Origin: a virus
Length of the DNA stretch: 64,000 nt
IMG/VR virus record: IMGVR_UViG_3300032291_002550
Coordinates: 96,436 to 160,435 of that record
Strand: one strand, 5' to 3'
How positions within the stretch are numbered: the first letter of the stretch is position 1; each line of letters starts with the position of its first letter. The translations under genes and the position numbers were made by a program. The notes below the pieces were generated by a model. That model searched no databases, was not told where the DNA came from, and saw nothing but the letters and a program-made list of their open reading frames with translations. This document shows positions 26,751-35,240 of this stretch, one piece after another.

Positions 26751-26899
26751 TAGTAAGATAGTAATGTTGTAAGTTACTTCGCATATTGGTTCGATTCCAA
26801 TATTTTCCGCCAACAATTGGAAAATTAGACAAACGGTTAAGTCAAAACTCTTATAAAGTTTCATAGAAAAACACACTTACTCAAATAATCTTCTTACTT
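26751..26899 (+). ncRNA. Y-RNA-like element carrying a circularly permuted tRNA (anticodon TAT)
   Basis: Outer stems AGTAAGA/TCTTACT and GTAAGT/ACTTAC enclose, in order: T-arm (26785-26801), ATTTTCC-GCCA, linker, GGAAAAT, D-arm, AAACT-CTTATAA-AGTTT. Confidence 0.75.
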
Positions 26900-26906
26900 A
26901 AAATAT

Positions 26907-27038
26907 TTACTAGTAGTAATAGGTAATCGTTACTTCGAAAATTAGCTCAGTTGGTTGAGCGTTTATATGCTAAATAAAAGGTCGTTGGTTCAACTCCAAC
27001 ATTTTCAATCAAATCACGATCCTAACTTTCTCTAGTAA
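26907..27038 (+). ncRNA. Y-RNA-like element carrying an in-order tRNA-like domain (anticodon GCT)
   Basis: TTACTAG/CTAGTAA and ATCGT/ACGAT stems with GTTACTTCG enclose a GAAAAT...ATTTTC cloverleaf at 26937-27006. Confidence 0.72.
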
Positions 27039-27042
27039 TAAT

Positions 27043-27128
27043 GCTCCTATGGCGTAATTGGTAGCCGCGCTGGGTTTAAGCCTCAGCGGTCAGTAATGGC
27101 CGTTTCAGTTCGAATCTGAATAGGAGCA
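27043..27128 (+). tRNA. tRNA-Leu (TAA)
   Basis: CTGGG-TTTAAGC-CTCAG, long variable arm. Confidence 0.88.
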
Positions 27129-27211
27129 CGAAGAAATAATAATCTTCCTATATGGCATTCGGTCCATTAAGCCGAAGAACTTATTTGACGTCTCGGAAAG
27201 ACGAGAAATAT

Positions 27212-27283
27212 TGCCAGATGGAGTAATGGTAACTCATTTATATTTATATAAAAGACTATTAGGTTCAATTCCTAATCTGCGCA
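27212..27283 (+). tRNA. pseudo/decoy tRNA with an all-AT anticodon arm
   Basis: fMet-like D-arm GAGTAATGGTAACTC and a T-arm, but TTTAT-ATTTAT-ATAAA has a 6-nt loop. Confidence 0.5.
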
Positions 27284-27285
27284 AC

Positions 27286-27495
27286 GATGAGTAAGAGATA
27301 CTCAGCAGTCTAATCAAAGACTCATTTAATCTATGGTCGGTACTAAAGAGGACATCGTTAACGCCTCTTTCGTGGGAATAAAGCCGGAAGATCATCCTTG
27401 CTCCCAGTAATGGTTGACGTTTTCACGGTGTAAGAACCACAGGGTTACAAATAGGAAACCGGAAATATCTACTTACTTATAATCTCAGAGTAAGG
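27286..27495 (+). ncRNA. unknown ~210-nt structured RNA
   Basis: GAGTA/TACTC, AAAGAGG/CCTCTTT and CTTACT/AGTAAG hairpins; terminal loop TATAATCTCAG matches the 3' loop of the giant RNA. Confidence 0.5.
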
Positions 27496-27501
27496 AATTA
27501 T

Positions 27502-27588
27502 GCCCCGGTGTTGGAATGGTAGTCATACCTGCCTTAGAAGCAGGCGCGAAATAATAGTAGCGTGAGAGTTCGAGTCTCTCCTGGGGTA
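27502..27588 (+). tRNA. tRNA-Leu (TAG)
   Basis: CCTGC-CTTAGAA-GCAGG. Confidence 0.88.
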
Positions 27589-27709
27589 CAACTTATAAAT
27601 ACCATATCGGGTTAAAGAATAAGAGGGAGCCTGCGACTATGTATCGAAAGATAAATTAGACAAAACTTTACCCTTCGCGCTAGGTTGGCAGTGGTGAGCC
27701 TAGCAAATT

Positions 27710-27782
27710 AGTTCTATGGTGCAATGGATTAGCATACGCCCCTTCTAAGGGCTTGATATAGGTTCGAATCCTATTAGGACTA
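27710..27782 (+). tRNA. tRNA-Arg (TCT)
   Basis: GCCC-CTTCTAA-GGGC. Confidence 0.88.
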
Positions 27783-27909
27783 CTAACCAATGCATGCGGC
27801 TACCTTTGGGGTTATATAGAAAGTGAAGTAAAGTAACAAGTAATATAATTACGGGCAAGCGGGGTAACGCCTATTGAGTATAGTTTGACAGTTGGAAAGA
27901 CAACAAATT

Positions 27910-27982
27910 GCTTTCTTAGCTCAATGGATTAGAGTACTCGGCTACGGACCGAGAGATAGGAGTTCGAATCTCTTAGAGAGCA
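27910..27982 (+). tRNA. tRNA-Arg (ACG)
   Basis: CTCGG-CTACGGA-CCGAG. Confidence 0.9.
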
Positions 27983-28076
27983 CGAAGCGGCGTTGACCTG
28001 TCTGCAGCCGCAATGCTTAGGGTAACCTAAGGGCGCTTAATAGTAGAGGGTGACAAACTGGGAGAGACCCGTACAT

Positions 28077-28151
28077 GGTGTTTATAGTGTTAGCGGTTAG
28101 CACGTATGTTTGTGGTACATGAAGCGATCGGTTCGAATCCGACTAAATACC
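28077..28151 (+). tRNA. tRNA-His (GTG)
   Basis: TATGT-TTGTGGT-ACATG; G-1:C73. Confidence 0.88.
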
Positions 28152-28184
28152 CTACGACAATAATTATAAGAAAGGAGAAAGGTT

Positions 28185-28655
28185 ATGAACCTACAATTTA
28201 AATCTTTAAGTACTCATGAAAACGTTACTGATATATTAGTATATATTAATAATATATTACGTTTGAAGCCAGACACTAAACTATATGTCGGTACTGATTC
28301 GCAAAATGGTAAACGTGCTACGGTATATGCTACAGTTGTTGTTATGCATTTTAATGAAAATGATTCTGGTAAAGGTGCGCATGTATTATTTGCAAAGGAA
28401 ATCTTACCTAAGATTAGAGATAAATATACTAGATTATGGGGCGAGGTAGAACGTTCAGTTGAAGTGTCAAATTTATTAAGAGATGGAGGATTATCTATTA
28501 AAAATATTGACTTAGATTTTAACGAAGACCCAAAATACCAATCAAATACGATATTACGTTCAGCAGTTGGTTATGTAGAAGCATCTGGGTATAAAGCTAG
28601 ATGGAAGCCACATGATGCTTATAGTGTACGTATTGCAGATCAAATTTGTAAATAA
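28185..28655 (+). CDS. RNase H-like YkuK (DUF458) family protein
   Basis: LYVGTDSQ, RL..EV..S, D.N and KP.AYS..AD motifs. Confidence 0.8.
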   Translation: MNLQFKSLSTHENVTDILVYINNILRLKPDTKLYVGTDSQNGKRATVYATVVVMHFNENDSGKGAHVLFAKEILPKIRDKYTRLWGEVERSVEVSNLLRDGGLSIKNIDLDFNEDPKYQSNTILRSAVGYVEASGYKARWKPHDAYSVRIADQICK

Positions 28656-28950
28656 TATGTTAAAAAAATTTTTAAGTTTATTTAAATCAAAACAAACTAT
28701 ACCGGATGATATATTAAGTCCTTTTTTAGAAATTTATCAATTAAAAGAATCGGTACCGGAGTTTAAGAATTTTTTAAAAACATTTATGTTATATAATAGC
28801 AATAACAATGAAAATTATGCTATTAAACATGAATATGTTATGGACTTTTTCTCAGGTAAAAAATGTCGTAGTAAAATACCTGAAAATGGTTACTTTAAAT
28901 ATAATACAACAAAAGAACTAGTAGATCTTATTTGTTGGATGAAAAATTAA
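28612..28950 (+). CDS. hypothetical protein (start probably 28657)
   Basis: ORF in operon. Confidence 0.55.
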   Translation: MMLIVYVLQIKFVNNMLKKFLSLFKSKQTIPDDILSPFLEIYQLKESVPEFKNFLKTFMLYNSNNNENYAIKHEYVMDFFSGKKCRSKIPENGYFKYNTTKELVDLICWMKN

Positions 28951-28951
28951 T

Positions 28952-29140
28952 ATGGAAGAAAATAATATTTTATATGATTATGTATTATGGAATAATACGT
29001 ATGAAGGTATGTGGTATGCTATTAAGCGCGAACATATAACAGCATATTTTGCTGGTGGAGATTATCGTGAATCAATTCCTTCCGGAGGAGTTCTTCAAGA
29101 TGATGATTTAGATAGTTTAATAAGCCTCATATTTGAATAA
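28952..29140 (+). CDS. hypothetical protein
   Basis: 62-aa ORF. Confidence 0.6.
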   Translation: MEENNILYDYVLWNNTYEGMWYAIKREHITAYFAGGDYRESIPSGGVLQDDDLDSLISLIFE

Positions 29141-29153
29141 CTAAAAAAATAAT

Positions 29154-29180
29154 AAAGCTCGATTTATTTCGGGCTTTTTT
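29154..29180 (+). terminator. intrinsic terminator
   Basis: AAAGCTCGA-loop-TCGGGCTTTTTT. Confidence 0.75.
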
Positions 29181-29203
29181 ACTGTTTAAACATACGTTGT
29201 TAG

Positions 29204-29215
29204 ATAATTATATTA
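29204..29215 (+). promoter_or_regulatory. putative late promoter ATA(A/T)TTAT(A/T)(T/A)TA (representative)
   Basis: Copies start 13-33 bp before late-gene starts at 29204, 37847, 39334, 44127, 47996, 49939, 56073, 58784 and 61247. Confidence 0.5.
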
Positions 29216-29232
29216 AATTTATTTAACAATAT

Positions 29233-29823
29233 ATGGCATACACAAAAGAACAAATCGAAGCCGCAATTAAATCAAAAGGTTATGTTTGGTTTGAAGGAGC
29301 AAAAGATTATGATTTAAACATCGTAGGAATTAGAAATTCTGCGACAGGTAACAAAGTTACTAACGTTTTTGATGATACTATGACAGTATCTTACAAAGTT
29401 AATGGTCAATGGGTATTTAAACAATGGCCTTGCACAACCGACCCGGGCACAAAAGGAGTAAAAGAATTTCATAATGCAAATGGAGTTGCTCGTTTAGTAG
29501 AAGGACAATATAGAGGTTCACATACCATTGGATTACATCAAGGTAAATATGAAGCTTTAAAACAAGCTAAACCAGTTAAAGTATATAGAGATGCTAACAA
29601 AGACATGACTTATGATGAAAGTAAAACTGAAACGGGTGTTTTTGGAATTAATATTCATAAAGCTGGCGCTGACTCTACATATGTTGAGAATTGGTCAGAA
29701 GGTTGTCAAGTATTTAAAAAATCAGCTGATTTCGATTCATTTATGGTAATTGCAAAAGAAGCTGCAAAAATACATGGTTCTTCTTTTACTTATACATTAA
29801 TTGAAAGCGCAGATATTAAGTAA
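29233..29823 (+). CDS. putative endolysin / L,D-peptidase-like cell wall enzyme
   Basis: GINIH..G.....WSEGCQV, a YkuD-like His/Cys motif; own late-type promoter. Confidence 0.6.
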   Translation: MAYTKEQIEAAIKSKGYVWFEGAKDYDLNIVGIRNSATGNKVTNVFDDTMTVSYKVNGQWVFKQWPCTTDPGTKGVKEFHNANGVARLVEGQYRGSHTIGLHQGKYEALKQAKPVKVYRDANKDMTYDESKTETGVFGINIHKAGADSTYVENWSEGCQVFKKSADFDSFMVIAKEAAKIHGSSFTYTLIESADIK

Positions 29824-29849
29824 ATTAACTTAAACTAATTGATAATCAG

Positions 29850-29877
29850 ACAGCGACCTAAAAAATCGCTGTTTTTT
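29850..29877 (+). terminator. intrinsic terminator
   Basis: ACAGCGA-loop-TCGCTGTTTTTT. Confidence 0.75.
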
Positions 29878-29921
29878 ATCTTTTTATTAGGAAATTTGAA
29901 ATATTTTTATTATCTTTAGGT

Positions 29922-30188
29922 ATGTTAGATATATTATATTTTTCTGCACCGTGGTGTGGTCCTTGCAGAGCAATGAAACCTGCAATTGATAAATTTGAAG
30001 AAGCTTTAGATACTACTAAAGCAAAACTTAAAAGAGTTAATGTTGATGAAGATGCTGATTTAGTATCATTATACAATGTACATGCAGTGCCTACATTTAT
30101 ATTTGTTAAAGATTCTAATAAAGTAGAATCATTTACAGGCGTTATAGCTATTAATAAACTTCAAGATACCGTAGAAAAATGGAGCTAA
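29922..30188 (+). CDS. trxA: thioredoxin
   Basis: WCGPC active site, VPT. Confidence 0.92.
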   Translation: MLDILYFSAPWCGPCRAMKPAIDKFEEALDTTKAKLKRVNVDEDADLVSLYNVHAVPTFIFVKDSNKVESFTGVIAINKLQDTVEKWS

Positions 30189-30691
30189 CACTTATACCTA
30201 AAGAAGATATTCAATCAAGAATCGAGACTTTAGCAAATGAAATTAACAAAGACTATTCAAGTAATAATTCTGTTGTGTGTGTGTGCGTACTACGTGGCGC
30301 TTTTTTGTTCTTTTCTGATTTAGTCAGAAAACTTAACCTAGATGTTGATATTGAATTTATTCAAGCTTCGAGTTATGAAAATGGAACTGAGAATCAAGGA
30401 TTAACAATTAAATCTAAATTAAGTTATAACGTAAAAGATAAGACAGTATTTTTAATAGATGATATTGTAGACTCTGGTAATACTTTAAATCAATTATCTA
30501 TTATCTTTAAAGATTTAGGCGCTAGAGATGTTAAAACAGTAGCATTAGTTTGCAGGCCTCAAAGTCAAACATTAGTAGATTATTATGGATTTGTAATTGG
30601 AGATGAATGGATTTATGGGTATGGATTAGATTTACAAGGCAAAAAAAGAACTTTATTAGATATTAAATATATAGAACAAAACATTGACTAA
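30179..30691 (+). CDS. hpt: hypoxanthine phosphoribosyltransferase
   Basis: VLRGAFLFFSDL, SSY, IDDIVDSGNTL, GYGLD. Confidence 0.92.
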   Translation: MELTLIPKEDIQSRIETLANEINKDYSSNNSVVCVCVLRGAFLFFSDLVRKLNLDVDIEFIQASSYENGTENQGLTIKSKLSYNVKDKTVFLIDDIVDSGNTLNQLSIIFKDLGARDVKTVALVCRPQSQTLVDYYGFVIGDEWIYGYGLDLQGKKRTLLDIKYIEQNID

Positions 30692-30965
30692 TATGGATAA
30701 CGAAAGAATAAAAAAGATTATTTTAGAGATATATTCTGGACAAATAAATATGCAAGATGCAATTGATTTAGTTACAGAATATATGTCTGAAACAAAAGGA
30801 ACTGTAAATCAAACATTATTACATTTTTTGTGTAATCAAACAAACCCAGTTTCGATACAAATGTTACAGCGCGCTGTGGAAGTTTCTAAAGAGTATTTTG
30901 AAAATACAAGAGTTATAATAACAAGAGTACTAAAAGCAGATGGTACTTTTATCTATGCTTTTTAA
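30684..30965 (+). CDS. hypothetical protein
   Basis: 93-aa ORF. Confidence 0.6.
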   Translation: MTNMDNERIKKIILEIYSGQINMQDAIDLVTEYMSETKGTVNQTLLHFLCNQTNPVSIQMLQRAVEVSKEYFENTRVIITRVLKADGTFIYAF

Positions 30966-31870
30966 TGATTGGATATCATATATACTATCAAAAAAATAAT
31001 GAAATAAGTTTTGTAGAAATATCTTCGCAATTTGCATCTGCATTGTTTTGGAAAAAGCATTTTGGTCCAATTCGTCTATATTGTAATTCTAAATTTTTAG
31101 AAACAATATCATTATATAAATTAGATTTATTATATGACGAAATAAATGTAGATATATTAGATAATATTACATACGACTCAAAAATACTTTCGAAGTATTG
31201 GAGTATACCTAAACTTTATGCTGCAAATGAAATTTCTAAATTAGAACCTACATATTGTATATTAGACACTGATTTATGGATTACAAATTATTTTGAGTGG
31301 GATATTTCAAAAGATTTTTTGGCATTTCATTACGAAAAATTTGACTTAAAAAATAAAAATAATCCTTATCTTATACCTTCTGCATTTATAGATGATTATG
31401 AAGAAAAAGATTGGGACTTTATGGCAATGAATTGCGCGTTTATGTATATTAATAACCAACAAATGATATTTGATTGGTTTGAATATGCAGATGCTGTTAT
31501 AAAGTTAAATAAAACAGTAAAAACAAAAAATAAAAAAGATGTATATACGTTGTTTATAGAACAGCGCGCTATTACATATATTTGTGAAAAGTTAAAATTA
31601 GATTATGGGACATTTATATCTAATATATTCATATCCGGGTTAGATTCTGATAAAGAATTATGGAATCCTAAATTAAATCTTTTAGATAAGCCGCAAAAAT
31701 ATATTAAGCATATATGGGGACTTAAAAAGTTTTATGATTCATTAACTCTTCATTTATTAGAAGTAATATATAATGATATACATTCGGAATTTGGATTTCT
31801 AGAAATAGATTTTCCAGAACTTTATATAAAACGATTAACAATTATTCAAAATGAAACTAGTATTAATTAG
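30965..31870 (+). CDS. glycosyltransferase-like protein (GT-A, DxD)
   Basis: W..PKL, ILDTDL, N.AF and EQ motifs. Confidence 0.55.
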   Translation: MIGYHIYYQKNNEISFVEISSQFASALFWKKHFGPIRLYCNSKFLETISLYKLDLLYDEINVDILDNITYDSKILSKYWSIPKLYAANEISKLEPTYCILDTDLWITNYFEWDISKDFLAFHYEKFDLKNKNNPYLIPSAFIDDYEEKDWDFMAMNCAFMYINNQQMIFDWFEYADAVIKLNKTVKTKNKKDVYTLFIEQRAITYICEKLKLDYGTFISNIFISGLDSDKELWNPKLNLLDKPQKYIKHIWGLKKFYDSLTLHLLEVIYNDIHSEFGFLEIDFPELYIKRLTIIQNETSIN

Positions 31871-32519
31871 CGATACGCATACAATGCATGAAGATTTAGT
31901 ATTACCTCAAGGTGATATTTTAATTCATTCAGGAGATTTTACTGGAAGGGGTAAGCCTCATGAGGTAGAGGAGTTCTTTGGTTGGTTAGAACGTCAATCT
32001 AAAAACTTTAAACATATTGTTTTTATTTCTGGTAATCATGAACTATCTTTTGATTATAAAAGTACTTGGGTTGTAGATGCAATAAAATCTTTACCAACAA
32101 ATGTACATTACTTAGAAGATTCTGAAATTATTATTGATGATATTAAATTTTATGGGTCTCCTTGGCAACCAGAATTTTTTGATTGGGCATTTAATTTACC
32201 TCGCGGCAAAAAATTAGAAGAAAAATGGGAAATGATTCCTAATGATACCGACGTACTTATTACTCATGGACCTCCAATGTATATATTAGATTATACTTTA
32301 AGAGATATGATCAATGTAGGATGTTTAGCTTTATATAATAAAGTAATACAAATTAAACCAAAACTACATGTATTTGGGCATATTCATGAAGGTTATGGAA
32401 TAAAGGAACAAGATGGCACTATGTTTGTAAATGCGAGTAGTGCGACAGCTCGATACGAGTTAATAAATAAACCTATTGAAATTAAATATGATAAAGAAAA
32501 AGGTATAGAATTTTTATAA
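31851..32519 (+). CDS. metallophosphoesterase (MPPED-like)
   Basis: SDTH, HSGD, GNHE, THGPP, FGHIHE. Confidence 0.9.
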   Translation: MKLVLISDTHTMHEDLVLPQGDILIHSGDFTGRGKPHEVEEFFGWLERQSKNFKHIVFISGNHELSFDYKSTWVVDAIKSLPTNVHYLEDSEIIIDDIKFYGSPWQPEFFDWAFNLPRGKKLEEKWEMIPNDTDVLITHGPPMYILDYTLRDMINVGCLALYNKVIQIKPKLHVFGHIHEGYGIKEQDGTMFVNASSATARYELINKPIEIKYDKEKGIEFL

Positions 32520-32580
32520 TTTTATACCTTTTTTCTTGTTTAATTGAAAAGTGCATAATATATTTAAATAAAAAATAAAA

Positions 32581-32853
32581 ATGATGAGAACATATAAAAC
32601 AGTTGAGACTGATGTCGATGTAGAAATAGAATTAGAAGATGTAATTGATTTTATTTCAGATAGTGCAGGAAAAAGAGATTTACAAGAAATTTATGAAGCA
32701 GTTTGTGATGAATTGGGCATAACACAATCATCGGTTAATTCGAATATTGAATCAACGCAACGTTATGAAGATTTAATGGAAGCAGTTACTAATGCAGTTA
32801 ATCGTTGTGTAGATTTAAGAGTAATGACTGATATTATTAATTCATTAAAATAG
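32581..32853 (+). CDS. hypothetical protein
   Basis: 90-aa ORF after promoter 32536. Confidence 0.65.
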   Translation: MMRTYKTVETDVDVEIELEDVIDFISDSAGKRDLQEIYEAVCDELGITQSSVNSNIESTQRYEDLMEAVTNAVNRCVDLRVMTDIINSLK

Positions 32854-32854
32854 T

Positions 32855-33196
32855 ATGAAGTTAGAAACAGTTAAAAAGCGCGTAAAAAAATATTATCCAG
32901 AATCAAAAGCTTTTAAAGAATTAGGATTATATTACATAGGAATTCCTGATTCAATGGATGATACTATTATAAATTTATTTGATGAATATTTTATTCAATC
33001 TACACAAACAGAAGAAGAAGCATGGAATAAAGCTTTACTTTGTTGTAAAACTACTCAAAATTTTAATAGAACGCATCCGGACCGTATTGATGAATTGACC
33101 GAGGCTAAGATGTCGCGTTTAAAATCGCGCGCAAATAAAATACATTCGACAAGGGCTCAAAATAAACTAAAGTCAAAGATATTTATTAATGACTAA
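32855..33196 (+). CDS. hypothetical protein
   Basis: 113-aa ORF. Confidence 0.65.
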   Translation: MKLETVKKRVKKYYPESKAFKELGLYYIGIPDSMDDTIINLFDEYFIQSTQTEEEAWNKALLCCKTTQNFNRTHPDRIDELTEAKMSRLKSRANKIHSTRAQNKLKSKIFIND

Positions 33197-33207
33197 TTGA
33201 ATTAATA

Positions 33208-33483
33208 ATGGCAATAGATTTATCGGTAGTATTTAATGATTTAAACATTAAAACTAAAATGGGCGAATCTTATACTAAATTAGCACCTAATGGTCATAAT
33301 TTAAAAAGTGCTGTACTAGATAAACTATATAATTTGCAAGCACATTTAGAAAATTTAAATGATACTATAAATGTAGCCACGGTAGATACTATAATCGAGT
33401 ATATAGAAGTACATGATAAGTCATTATCAGAAGATACAAAGCAATTACTTAACCATATATCACAAAAAACTAATTTTAAATGA
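33208..33483 (+). CDS. hypothetical protein
   Basis: 91-aa ORF. Confidence 0.6.
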   Translation: MAIDLSVVFNDLNIKTKMGESYTKLAPNGHNLKSAVLDKLYNLQAHLENLNDTINVATVDTIIEYIEVHDKSLSEDTKQLLNHISQKTNFK

Positions 33484-33938
33484 CAGCGCCATCGTACGTA
33501 TATGACAATATTGTTTTGAATGAATTAGATTATAAATTCTTTCAAAGCTTACCGGTAAGAGAAAAGCTTGTTTTTTTATATGATCTTTGTTTAGAAGTAG
33601 AAAATCATAATGAGGAGCTAGAAGATGAGTATGAAGATACCGAAGAAGAAGATGGTAAGATATTACCTAATAAACTTTTAAAATTTTTTGAACAAGCTTC
33701 ATGTGATCAAAACTACGTTCATATATTAATATTACCTGATATATTAGTTATTTCCGGAAATTTAACAACGACATTAAGTTCTACTAAAAACTATTTGTTT
33801 AATGAAGGTTATATTTTTACATCAGATACAGATTCATATCAACTTTTAAATAATGAAGTAAAACAACTTCAAACATATTTTAAATATGTAGAAGTATATA
33901 AATTACTTTCTATCATATATCCTACCAGTTTAAATTAA
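33480..33938 (+). CDS. hypothetical protein
   Basis: 152-aa ORF. Confidence 0.65.
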   Translation: MTAPSYVYDNIVLNELDYKFFQSLPVREKLVFLYDLCLEVENHNEELEDEYEDTEEEDGKILPNKLLKFFEQASCDQNYVHILILPDILVISGNLTTTLSSTKNYLFNEGYIFTSDTDSYQLLNNEVKQLQTYFKYVEVYKLLSIIYPTSLN

Positions 33939-33959
33939 GCCCATAATTGGGCTTTTTTT
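33937..33959 (+). terminator. intrinsic terminator
   Basis: AAGCCCA-TAAT-TGGGCTTTTTTT. Confidence 0.75.
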
Positions 33960-34006
33960 ATGTAAAAAAATTAGGTTTTTTGAATTGTTTTCCTTATCTT
34001 TATGAT

Positions 34007-34927
34007 ATGATAAGAAACTTAGGATATGCATGTATTAATACTACTTTACAACAAAGTAAAATTACTACTAATCGAGGTATGAAACAAGCTACGTTTAAGG
34101 CAAAAGGCCTACCGTACGTGTCTGAATTAGCTTTAAAAAATGTAATAGATTTAGAAAAAGTTATTCATTGGAATGAAGCTAATAAAATTAAATTTTTTCG
34201 TATTAGTAGCGACATTTTTCCATGGTGTAGTGAGTATGAGTTTAGCCAATTACCGGACTTTGCACAAATTAAAGCAATTATGGAGCGTATAGGTAAATAT
34301 ATAGATGCTCATAACCACCGAATATCTGCTCATCCTGGCCCGTTTAACTTATTAGCATCTCCTAATGAAGCTGTAGTTAAAAAGACTCTTATAGAGCTTG
34401 AAAACCACTCCAAAGTTTTTGATTTATTAGGTCTATCACATACACCATATAACAAAATTAATATACATATAGGTGCTACGTACAATAATAAAGAAGTTGC
34501 TGTGCAGACATGGGTGAAGAATGTACAAAGATTAAGTACAAGTGCTCGAGCTCGTTTAACGGTAGAAAATGATGATAAGGCATCGATGTTCTCTGTAAAA
34601 GATTTATACGATATGGTATACACCAAATGTGGCGTTCCTATTGTTTTTGATTATCATCATCATACATTTTGTACAGGTGGATTGACTACAGAAGAAGCTC
34701 TTAAATTAGCATGTAGTACATGGCCGGCGGATATTTATCCAGCAACGCATTATTCTGAAAGTAAGTCATTACATTTAAACGATTCGAAAATTAAGCTTCA
34801 AGCTCATAGCGACTTAATCAATGGTCCTATAGATTGTTATGGTATGAATATCGATGTTATGATTGAAGCAAAGTCAAAAGAGTTAGCTTTATTAGGATTT
34901 AGAAAAAAATATTTTAATGAAGATTAG
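34007..34927 (+). CDS. uvsE: UV damage endonuclease UvsE/UVDE
   Basis: LGYACIN, FRISSD, HPGPF, ENDDK, DYHHH, HYSES, HSD, MIEAKSKE; start moved to the ATG after the promoter. Confidence 0.92.
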   Translation: MIRNLGYACINTTLQQSKITTNRGMKQATFKAKGLPYVSELALKNVIDLEKVIHWNEANKIKFFRISSDIFPWCSEYEFSQLPDFAQIKAIMERIGKYIDAHNHRISAHPGPFNLLASPNEAVVKKTLIELENHSKVFDLLGLSHTPYNKINIHIGATYNNKEVAVQTWVKNVQRLSTSARARLTVENDDKASMFSVKDLYDMVYTKCGVPIVFDYHHHTFCTGGLTTEEALKLACSTWPADIYPATHYSESKSLHLNDSKIKLQAHSDLINGPIDCYGMNIDVMIEAKSKELALLGFRKKYFNED

Positions 34928-35051
34928 GAAATATGATAAAATTTAATTATAATAATAGTGGGATAAAATAAGAAATGGAACCACACCATATATATATTAT
35001 TAATAAATAAATTAATTATATAATTATAATATATAATAATATAAATCAGTC

Positions 35052-35240
35052 ATGAGATACAAAGTACAAACACAAACAAAACTGGAAGCAGTTAACAATC
35101 AACTATTATCAATCATAAAAGGATTAGATACTCACACATTATCTGCTGAACAAGTTGCAACTGAAATTCAACATGTTAGAAGTAAGATAGAAAATATTAA
35201 TTCTTTAATTGAACTTGAACCGTTAGATTATGGGTATTAG
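35052..35240 (+). CDS. hypothetical protein
   Basis: 62-aa ORF. Confidence 0.55.
   Translation: MRYKVQTQTKLEAVNNQLLSIIKGLDTHTLSAEQVATEIQHVRSKIENINSLIELEPLDYGY

Noticed and set aside
33947-34006. N-terminal extensions given in the ORF track for UvsE (also Prs 11346 and macro 12205)
   Set aside because: They overlap terminator/promoter motifs or the upstream gene; downstream ATGs match the domain starts.
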